The translations under genes and the position numbers were made by a program. The notes beneath the pieces were generated by a model, which ran no database searches, had not been told where the DNA came from, and was given only the letters and a program-made list of their open reading frames with translations. A DNA stretch of 58,882 nt, from contig PBTW01000020.1 in assembly GCA_002729315.1 (NCBI GenBank), positions 24,240 to 83,121 of the forward strand, read 5' to 3'. Source of the stretch: Gammaproteobacteria bacterium. GTDB lineage: Bacteria; Pseudomonadota; Gammaproteobacteria; Pseudomonadales; Pseudohongiellaceae. The first letter of the stretch is position 1. The number at the start of each line of letters is the position of its first letter. Shown in pieces: positions 20,737 through 28,281 of this stretch.

Positions 20737-21606
20737 ATGAAAATGACAGGACTCTTCCACACCCTTATTCTCACCACAGCATTGCTCAAGGCTTGGTCTT
20801 CCTCGACCGCTCAGGAAGTTCGAATTTACAACACAGTTAAAAGCAAACTCATCGCGGGTCAGCAAGTCGTTGGTGGCACCGTCGATACCGCGGATCCGGA
20901 GATATACTGTGCCATGGCTAATGCGGGCTTCGATTTTATTTGGATCGAAATGCAGCATAGTCCCCTCTCCTTCAGCGAGGCAGCAAGGATGATCTGGGCT
21001 TGCCGGGATGCACCTGCCATACCCTTTATCAGAGTCCCCGATGCAAGCGAAGGAACGATTCAAAAGGCCACAGATATAGGCGCGTTAGGCATCATCGTTC
21101 CGATGGTGGACGGCGCAGGGAAAATGGCTGATGCCGTACGTTATGCCAAATATCCCCCACAGGGGCGCAGAAGTCAGGGTGGAGGACAATATGGGCGATT
21201 ATGGGGGCGTGATTATCGACAAACCTGGAATGACAATGTGCTTATCATTGCCATGATCGAAACGCTGGAAGGCACTGCCGAGGCTGACAGTATTGCAACA
21301 GTTGAAGGAGTAGATGGGGTATTCGTCGCCAGCGGGGATCTTGGCAGCTTCAGTGGCAAGCGCCAGGGAGAGCCTGACTATGAGCACCTGGTTGCGCGCA
21401 TCAAGGAAGAGACTGAAAGCGCGGGCAAGTTCCTCGGGGGCCCCTCAGCGTGGATGTCCGAACGCGAAGGCTATCAGTTTTTTCAGGCACCCAGCACCAG
21501 CAGTCTGATTCGGATTGGAGCCAGAATCACCCTCGAAGCAGCGGATCCATGCCGTTTCCTGCCTTCGGGCGCCACACCTGTAGACGGAGAGAACCCCTGC
21601 CCCTGA
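20737..21606 (+). CDS. HpcH/HpaI-family (class II, divalent-metal) aldolase with an apparent signal peptide
   Basis: GFDFIWIEMQHSP, IPFIRVP, AMIET.EG and DGVFVASGDL match the HpcH/HpaI fold. The N-terminus MKMTGLFHTLILTTALLKAWSSSTA is signal-like. It starts 40 nt after the selenoprotein gene. Confidence 0.8.
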   Translation: MKMTGLFHTLILTTALLKAWSSSTAQEVRIYNTVKSKLIAGQQVVGGTVDTADPEIYCAMANAGFDFIWIEMQHSPLSFSEAARMIWACRDAPAIPFIRVPDASEGTIQKATDIGALGIIVPMVDGAGKMADAVRYAKYPPQGRRSQGGGQYGRLWGRDYRQTWNDNVLIIAMIETLEGTAEADSIATVEGVDGVFVASGDLGSFSGKRQGEPDYEHLVARIKEETESAGKFLGGPSAWMSEREGYQFFQAPSTSSLIRIGARITLEAADPCRFLPSGATPVDGENPCP

Positions 21607-21633
21607 TGCATTTACGCTGACAGATTCAGTCAG

Positions 21634-21870
21634 TCAGCTACCCCCTGCTTTGAAACCTGTCAATTTACCCGCCGCGGCCAGGCTTTCGGCGATCTTCTCG
21701 GCAAGCTTTAGGTAGGTCGCAACCTCCTTCATGGTCAAAATCTTATCATCTAGAGCATACAACATCTCCATGCTACAAGAGAGAAGAGGGTGCACGGGAG
21801 AACGGCAGTGATCTCCCTGCCAAGATTGCATGTATGTGGTACGTACACATCTTGCGGTCGTCCTTGCCAC
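21634..21870 (-). pseudogene. Possible decayed excisionase/MerR-type (HTH_17-like) small DNA-binding gene
   Basis: The C-terminal 35 aa ILTMKEVATYLKLAEKIAESLAAAGKLTGFKAGGS resemble HTH_17 proteins but stop before the usual WRF. No SD precedes any in-frame Met. Confidence 0.25.
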
Positions 21871-21999
21871 CGTTTTCTCTCGATTTCAACATCTCAGTTC
21901 GTAAGGAATTTTGCTAAGCACATGCGGCAAACCGTCTTGCAGTGATAAGCTCACTTTTGCTGACAGATTGGCAAATGTCCGTAGGGAGGGTTTTCAAAC

Positions 22000-22025
22000 C
22001 CCTGAAACCACCGAGCCTTTCAGGG
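22000..22025 (-). terminator. Hairpin downstream of tRNA-Arg (possible terminator)
   Basis: An 8-bp stem CCCUGAAA/UUUCAGGG with a 10-nt loop, about 30 nt past the tRNA 3' end on the minus strand. It is followed only by a weak U-tract. Confidence 0.35.
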
Positions 22026-22054
22026 CGTTAAGCTTTTTGATGATGAAAACAAAA

Positions 22055-22131
22055 TGGCGCACCCGGCACGATTCGAACGTGCGACCCCCTAGTTCGTAGC
22101 CAGGTACTCTATCCAGCTGAGCTACGGGTGC
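22055..22131 (-). tRNA. tRNA-Arg (anticodon ACG)
   Basis: The reverse complement GCACCCGUAGCUCAGCUGGAUAGAGUACCUGGCUACGAACUAGGGGGUCGCACGUUCGAAUCGUGCCGGGUGCGCCA folds as a 77-nt cloverleaf with an encoded CCA. Confidence 0.95.
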
Positions 22132-22363
22132 GCAAATCAGGTCCGGCACGCCCGGACGAAAGTTGCGTATTATAGCGAAATTCCTGACTATTCCTAGTAA
22201 TCACTGAAAAAGGGCCAGGGGCACATTTGATGAACAATCGCGATACGCTACACTTCTGGAAACCGGCTCATTTACAGTCGGGGTGTTAGTCCTGATTAAG
22301 CCCTGAGAGCCTGCAAGAACAACTCAGCAAGTTTGAAAATTTATGGAAAGCCCGGAATAGAAG

Positions 22364-22996
22364 ATGCGTTATTCAAGCTGCCGCGCCAGAAGGGCCCACT
22401 GGATCACCCAATTTATAGGGCTCAGCCTGTCATTTAGTGCAGTGACTGCCAGTGCGGATTATGAGGATGGCGTGAACGCGGCTTTTGCCGGTGACTACGA
22501 CATTGCCTTTCGCGAGTTCAGTCTGGCTGCCCAGCAGGGTCTGGACCTAGCGCAGTACAATCTGGCCATTCTTTACTTTACCGGACAAGGCGTTGATCAG
22601 GATTATAGGCAGGCTTTCCGGTGGACAGAGGCGGCAGCGGTGCAGGGGCATATTAACGCACAAGCCAATCTGGCCAGTCTGTACCTAGAAGGCACCGGAG
22701 TTATTCGGGATGTCGATCAGGCAGTCAGCTGGTTTTCTGCCGCGGGTCGCTCCGGCCATGCCAGTGCGGCGATGACCCTGACCGTGATGTACCGCGACGG
22801 CGAGCCGATCGGGCAGGACTTTGTGCAGGCGCACGCGTGGGCACAGGTCGCTCAACGGGAAGCGCATCCCGAATCAGAAAAAGTTTTATCCGGTCTTGAA
22901 GCGCGCATGAGCAGAGAGCAACTCAGATCGGCGCGGCGCCTGTTCGCTCGCTGGCAAATTGAACCAGTAAAGCTCCCCTGGCCGCCTGAACAATGA
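22364..22996 (+). CDS. Sel1-like (SLR/TPR-family) repeat protein, secreted
   Basis: Signal-like N-terminus. Repeated ...A..W...AA.QG...AQ..L...Y..G.GV..D units. Confidence 0.8.
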   Translation: MRYSSCRARRAHWITQFIGLSLSFSAVTASADYEDGVNAAFAGDYDIAFREFSLAAQQGLDLAQYNLAILYFTGQGVDQDYRQAFRWTEAAAVQGHINAQANLASLYLEGTGVIRDVDQAVSWFSAAGRSGHASAAMTLTVMYRDGEPIGQDFVQAHAWAQVAQREAHPESEKVLSGLEARMSREQLRSARRLFARWQIEPVKLPWPPEQ

Positions 22997-23084
22997 GTCA
23001 GAGCCAAGGCGGATAAATGATAATCGGCAGAAACGAGAGGCAGCGGCCTCGCTGCGCACTCGAAGTCAGTGTCAGCGCCGACGC

Positions 23085-23924
23085 CTAGTTGGCCAATTCC
23101 CGCTGTTGCTGGAGATAGTGCTCACCACGTTCCAACCAGAGCGCAAGGAAGTTGCTCCATCCCTCAGGGTCAACAAACGGGTGGGGGTCACCCTCAGCAC
23201 GCTCAGCAAGGCGGTCACGACGCTCGAAAACGTCAGCTACCGAGGGATGGTTCGGAATGTTGACTTCAATTCCCTGAAGCGCCTGCAGGCGTCTGACGCT
23301 TTCTATATAACTTTGGGCCTGTTCTACGCCGTTGAAATTCAAACCCACGCCCCCGAACATAAAAGCGGTATGAGGATAGCCATCGTCATAAACTGTGAAT
23401 CGGGTCGACAGCACACCTGGCGTATGACCGGGCGTTTTCATGAATTGCAGGCGCGTCCGTCCCAGCGTGAGCGTGCTGCCATCACTTGCCGACAAATGTC
23501 GTATCGGCCGTGGATATTCCCTAAATCGAGCCGCTCCCTCCGTCATCAACCAGTCTTCCTCGGTCATCATCACCACGGCCCTGAACTCCTGCTGAAATCG
23601 GGCCGCACCACCGATGTGATCATAATGAGCGTGTGAACCGATCAGGTAGCGGATGTCATTGGGATCAAAACCCAGACTTCTGATGTTGCGGATAGCCATG
23701 TCCGTGAGCTCGTCGTAAAGCGCATCGAACACGATCAGCCCCTGATCAGTCACCAGCAGCCAGGAAGCCACCCAATCTGCGCCAATGTAGTAGAGGTTAT
23801 CGAATACCTGAAACGGTTGAACATACTGTAGTTTAGGATCGTCCCGTTCACTTTCCTGAGGGGAAACATTAAGAGCGAATAAACTGGCTGCGATGCCGAT
23901 GCCTCGGATGATAGGGTGTTTCAT
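23085..23924 (-). CDS. Metallo-beta-lactamase-fold hydrolase, subclass-B3-like, with signal peptide
   Basis: HxHxDH motif (SHAHYDHIGG), a downstream PGHTPG His, and the signal-like N-terminus MKHPIIRGIGIAASLFAL. Confidence 0.8.
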   Translation of the reverse strand: MKHPIIRGIGIAASLFALNVSPQESERDDPKLQYVQPFQVFDNLYYIGADWVASWLLVTDQGLIVFDALYDELTDMAIRNIRSLGFDPNDIRYLIGSHAHYDHIGGAARFQQEFRAVVMMTEEDWLMTEGAARFREYPRPIRHLSASDGSTLTLGRTRLQFMKTPGHTPGVLSTRFTVYDDGYPHTAFMFGGVGLNFNGVEQAQSYIESVRRLQALQGIEVNIPNHPSVADVFERRDRLAERAEGDPHPFVDPEGWSNFLALWLERGEHYLQQQRELAN

Positions 23925-23988
23925 GGGCTGTCTTCTTTATTGTCTCAATATCGTCACTAACTGCTTGGGATCGGTTACTTAGAATCTG

Positions 23989-25155
23989 TCAGTAGGAACG
24001 CGGCAATCCCAGTTCGTGTTCCGAGATAAAATTCAAAATCATTTCCTGAGAAATCGGTGCGAGCTTCATCAGACGGGCCTCTCGCCAATACCGCTCAACG
24101 TGATACTCACGGGCATAACCAAACCCCCCGTGGGTCTGCATCGCCGCGTCCGCTGCGTAAAATCCCGCTTCGGCTGCCAGCCACTTAGCCATGTTTGCTT
24201 CGGTCCCACAGGGCATCCCTTGATCCAGCTTCCAAGCGGCTTTTTGTGCCATCAAACCGGCAGCGTCTAACCGGGTTCTGGCCTCAGCCAGCGGAAAAGC
24301 AATCCCCTGATTTTTGCCAATCGGTCTGCCAAAAACCACCCGCTCATTGGCATAGGACACCGCACGCGCTAGCGCTGCACGACCAATTCCTACTGCTTCT
24401 GCGGCAATCAGTATTCGCTCGGCATTCAATCCATCCAGCAGATAGCGAAAGCCTTTACCCTCTTCACCTACCCGATCGGATTCAGCAACTTTTAGCTCAT
24501 CGTAAACCACCTCACAGGTCCTCACGGCATTGCGACCAAGCTTCGCAATCGGGGAAATAGCTACCTCGGGACGTTTGAGTTCTGCGAACAGCAGCGTCAT
24601 TCCGTCAGTTTTTCGTTCAACTTCCTGCTTGCTCTGTGTTCGAACGAGAAGTAGCACCCTGTCTGACTCAAGCGCCTTGGTGGTCCAAACTTTCCTGCCG
24701 CTCACGACATAATGACCATCCACCAGTCTTGCCCTGGTCTCGATTGAAGTCGTGTCGCTACCGGCGTTAGGCTCAGTCACCCCAAAGGCGACTTGGAGCT
24801 TGCCGCTGGCAATGTCCGGCAAATATAGTTTTTTCATGCTTTCTGAGCCATGCTTGATCACCGGGTGCATTCCAAACATGGACAGATGCAAGGGGGTTGT
24901 ACCATTCATCGCCGCGCCCGATGCTGCTACCTGCTCCAGCACCACGGCGGCTTCCTGCACGCCCTTGCCGGCACCACCATAGGCTTCAGGAATCGCGATA
25001 CCAATCCACCCTGCCTCGGCCATGGCATCATAAAACTCCTGCGGGTACTGCCCTTCGCGATCTTGCCTTTCCCAGTACTCATCGGAAAAATCCCGGCACA
25101 CATTGCTGACCGCCTCGCGAATCAGCTTCAGGTCAATCGGCTCAGAAAAATCCAC
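23989..25155 (-). CDS. Acyl-CoA dehydrogenase
   Basis: 388 aa. It has the GVTEPNAGSD motif and the C-terminal catalytic region YAREYHVERYWREARL. Confidence 0.9.
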   Translation of the reverse strand: MDFSEPIDLKLIREAVSNVCRDFSDEYWERQDREGQYPQEFYDAMAEAGWIGIAIPEAYGGAGKGVQEAAVVLEQVAASGAAMNGTTPLHLSMFGMHPVIKHGSESMKKLYLPDIASGKLQVAFGVTEPNAGSDTTSIETRARLVDGHYVVSGRKVWTTKALESDRVLLLVRTQSKQEVERKTDGMTLLFAELKRPEVAISPIAKLGRNAVRTCEVVYDELKVAESDRVGEEGKGFRYLLDGLNAERILIAAEAVGIGRAALARAVSYANERVVFGRPIGKNQGIAFPLAEARTRLDAAGLMAQKAAWKLDQGMPCGTEANMAKWLAAEAGFYAADAAMQTHGGFGYAREYHVERYWREARLMKLAPISQEMILNFISEHELGLPRSY

Positions 25156-25227
25156 GGGTCATTCATTCCTGTTTCAAACAATGGAAGAGACAGCCCTTAG
25201 TCGCAGGCTAGGCCTTCCATTGTTGCT

Positions 25228-26151
25228 TCAGCTTTTCAGCTGAACATCAATTTGTTCAGCAATGGCGAGCACCTTGCGGGCTCGTTTCAAATGCGGCACA
25301 TCAACCATCTGCCCATTGAAGCTGAACGCCATCTTGCCTTCAGACTGGGCTTCAGCAAACGCCAGAAGTAGTTCCCTAGCAGCTGCGATCTCCTTTTCGC
25401 TGGGCGTAAAAGCCCCGTTCACCACGTCAATCTGAGTCGGGTGAATCGTCAGCTTACCCATAAACCCCATTGAAGCCGCCTCAGCACACTCTTTAGCCAG
25501 CGCGGCCTTCTCTGTAATTTCGACAAAGACTGTGTCAATGGGATGTACCTGGTTTGCAGCAGCCGCCAGCAGGCAGGATGAGCGAACAAAGCGGAACACA
25601 TCAAGATAAACCCCTTCGGTATTTCGCTTGGCGCGGGCGCCCAACTCCCCGGCGAGATCCTCTGCCCCCCAGGTAAGACCGTCAACCCTGCCGTTCCCCG
25701 CCATATCAGCAAGACAAAACACCGCCTCAGGCACTTCAGTGCCGATAAGCACCAGAGAGGTTGCGCCAGGTTGCATATTATTCCGTTCTTCAATCGAGCT
25801 GACCACTCGGTCGACTGCATCCACACTGGCGCGACTACTCACTTTGGGGAGCACCAGTCCATCCGGATGTGCCCCAGCAATCTCTTCGACATCATCTCTT
25901 CCCCACGGCGTGTCCTGCGGATTGATGCGAACCAGACACTCTTTCGCGCCAAAGTCTGCCTGTTCAATCCAATCGCAAACAGCCTTTCTAGCTGCTTCCT
26001 TATTATCTGGCGTGACCGAATCTTCCAGATCAAGAATCAGAGTATCCGCATTCAGCGTCAAAGCCTTCTCAAACATTCTTGCATTACCGCCCGGTACGAA
26101 ATGCAGTGATCTGCGTGGCCCCTTCGGCCCTGGAGTTGGAACCACTGCCAT
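25228..26151 (-). CDS. CitE-like / HpcH-fold acyl-CoA lyase (citramalyl-, malyl- or citryl-CoA lyase family)
   Basis: RRSLHFVPG...ADTLILDLEDSV...KLTIHPTQI match the citrate lyase beta / malyl-CoA lyase family. Confidence 0.85.
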   Translation of the reverse strand: MAVVPTPGPKGPRRSLHFVPGGNARMFEKALTLNADTLILDLEDSVTPDNKEAARKAVCDWIEQADFGAKECLVRINPQDTPWGRDDVEEIAGAHPDGLVLPKVSSRASVDAVDRVVSSIEERNNMQPGATSLVLIGTEVPEAVFCLADMAGNGRVDGLTWGAEDLAGELGARAKRNTEGVYLDVFRFVRSSCLLAAAANQVHPIDTVFVEITEKAALAKECAEAASMGFMGKLTIHPTQIDVVNGAFTPSEKEIAAARELLLAFAEAQSEGKMAFSFNGQMVDVPHLKRARKVLAIAEQIDVQLKS

Positions 26152-26153
26152 GC

Positions 26154-26624
26154 TCAGTTTCTCTCAGAATCGCCCGCAGTTAATTTAAGCATCATGCCTT
26201 TGCGCAAGCATTCACACACGATTTCGCCTCGCTGATTACGGGCAAGGTGCTTGAACCAAACTATCCCTCGATCAGGTTTTGTTCTGGATTCCCGCTTGTC
26301 CACAATCTCTGTCGAAACGCTCAGGGTATCACCGATGAAAACGGGGTTCGGGAACTCAGTACGCTCCATACCTAGATTGCCGATTGTAGTCGCGAGAGTG
26401 GTATCAGCAACAGACAGACCCACTACCAGTCCCAGCGTATACAGACTGTTGACCAGGATTTGGCCGTACTGAGACTCCTTCGCGAACTGAGCATCCAGAT
26501 GCAAAGGCTGCGGATTGTGGGTGAGCGCGGTAAATAGCAGATTATCGGTCTCAGTGATAGTCCGCGCCGGTTGGTGTTTATACAGCGCACCCACTTCAAG
26601 TTCTTCAAAGTATTTTCCGCTCAC
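26154..26624 (-). CDS. MaoC-like (R)-specific enoyl-CoA hydratase (single hot-dog)
   Basis: 156 aa, with a family-typical TITETDNLLFTALTHNPQPLHLDAQFA motif. Its stop lies 2 nt before the CitE-like start, so the two genes are probably co-transcribed. Confidence 0.85.
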   Translation of the reverse strand: MSGKYFEELEVGALYKHQPARTITETDNLLFTALTHNPQPLHLDAQFAKESQYGQILVNSLYTLGLVVGLSVADTTLATTIGNLGMERTEFPNPVFIGDTLSVSTEIVDKRESRTKPDRGIVWFKHLARNQRGEIVCECLRKGMMLKLTAGDSERN

Positions 26625-26735
26625 ATCCGGTTGTCGTCATCAGTCAGAAAAGAGTTGTACATTGTAGTGGCAACCGACAGGCGCATCCATTAAATTCTGA
26701 TGCAAGTAGGTAAGAGCAACAGCTAGGCGCCTTTA

Positions 26736-27584
26736 ATGAATAAAACGCATGCGCTCGGATGGATTGGCAAAACAGAGACACTGTCAGACACCCTGAACCC
26801 GGTTCCCTGCAAGGCTTTAGCCGCCACCTTCAATCGAGCATGGGATCCAAAAGAAGGAGACAGGTTGCCTCCTCTTTGGCACTGGCTGTATTTTCTCGAG
26901 ACGGCTCAGCAGGATGAACTCGCTGCTGACGGCCACCGCAAGCGGGGGGGGTTTCTTCCCCCCGTCCAGCTGCCAAGACGCATGTGGGCAGGTAGCCAGA
27001 TTCAGTTTCATTCCCCGATCACTTTGGGCGAGACACTGACCCGCCAATCGACCATAGAAAACATCAGGGAAACTACGGGACGCAGCGGCGCACTGACGTT
27101 TGTCAAAGTCCGCCATGAAATCGGGTCAGAGCAGCGTCCTGCAATTACGGAAATTCAAGATCTTGTATATCGCGAGGCCGCAAAACCCGGCGTTGCTCCC
27201 CCCGCCCCGGCGGCTGCTGAGTCGTCTGGCGACTATCACCTTAAATTAATCGCAGATTCACGTCTGCTGTTTCGCTACTCTGCCTTAACCTTCAATGCAC
27301 ACAGAATCCACTATGATTATCAGTATGCCACGCAAACAGAGGGCTACCCGGGCATCATTGTTCACGGGCCACTGCTGGCCACTCTGATGCTGGAACTGTT
27401 GCGCTCAAATTTCCCGGAAGAAGTGATAAAGGCATTTGAATTCAGAGCCTTAGGACCGATTTTTGGGGACCACCGGTTCAGTGTTCACGGTACCAGACCC
27501 GACCCCGATGGCAATGTTACCCTGTGGATTGCGAATCATGATAGTCAGCTATGCATGCAGGGAACAGCCAGTATTGAGCGCTAG
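26736..27584 (+). CDS. Two-domain MaoC/HTD2-type hydratase (N-terminal MaoC-dehydratase half plus hot-dog). Could be an itaconyl- or mesaconyl-CoA hydratase.
   Basis: 282 aa. The C-terminal FNAHRIHYDYQYATQTEGYPGIIVHGPLLATL matches the MaoC hot-dog motif. Confidence 0.7.
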   Translation: MNKTHALGWIGKTETLSDTLNPVPCKALAATFNRAWDPKEGDRLPPLWHWLYFLETAQQDELAADGHRKRGGFLPPVQLPRRMWAGSQIQFHSPITLGETLTRQSTIENIRETTGRSGALTFVKVRHEIGSEQRPAITEIQDLVYREAAKPGVAPPAPAAAESSGDYHLKLIADSRLLFRYSALTFNAHRIHYDYQYATQTEGYPGIIVHGPLLATLMLELLRSNFPEEVIKAFEFRALGPIFGDHRFSVHGTRPDPDGNVTLWIANHDSQLCMQGTASIER

Positions 27585-27650
27585 TCGATGCGTCAGCCTG
27601 CTAGCTTGTGATATGATTTTCAAACGTTTTTGGGGCATGTCCCGAATATC

Positions 27651-27740
27651 GGAGAGTTGGCCGAGTGGCTGAAGGCGCGCCCCTGCTAAGGGCGTATAGG
27701 TTAACCCCTATCGAGGGTTCGAATCCCTCACTCTCCGCCA
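27651..27740 (+). tRNA. tRNA-Ser (anticodon GCU), long variable arm
   Basis: GGAGAGU acceptor stem pairing with ACUCUCC, anticodon loop CUGCUAA, T-loop GGUUCGAAUCC, encoded CCA. 90 nt. Confidence 0.95.
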
Positions 27741-27807
27741 CTAGTCAAGGTGATTCGCCAAGACCTGCGTGCACCTAGAGCTCTTAAGTCGGCCACCAGA
27801 CCCGACG

Positions 27808-28005
27808 CTAGTGTTCCTTCTCGCCAGAGTTCTCTGAGGGTTGTTCGGTCTGGATGCGTTGGTAGATTTCCTCGCGGTGAACGGCAACATCTTTTGGAGC
27901 ATTCACTCCGATTCGAACCTGGTTACCCTTAACACCCAGGACAGTGACGGTGACGTTGTCTCCGATCATGAGGGTTTCGCCAATGCGGCGCGTCAGTATC
28001 AACAT
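27808..28005 (-). CDS. csrA: Carbon storage regulator CsrA/RsmA
   Basis: [48 protein letters not shown] is near-canonical CsrA. Confidence 0.97.
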   Translation of the reverse strand: MLILTRRIGETLMIGDNVTVTVLGVKGNQVRIGVNAPKDVAVHREEIYQRIQTEQPSENSGEKEH

Positions 28006-28281
28006 TTCCTATCTCCAGTAGTCATTCCATTGTGTAGTTCCTGCAAGGCAGAATGGCGACGCAAAGAGAACTGCATACTGAGGTCACGATCTCACTGAAT
28101 AATTGGCCCTTCCTTCTTGCCCAACTCAAGAGTGAAGCTTCTGCGCTTTGCCAGACTTTTGCTCGGATCAAAACCACTGGATTCCGAGATGACACTATCA
28201 GTCTTCTCCTAGTATCTGCTTATCTCGGCAAATTGCCAACCCATAAATCAGTCTATGTGCCGGATACGCCTTAGACGCAGA

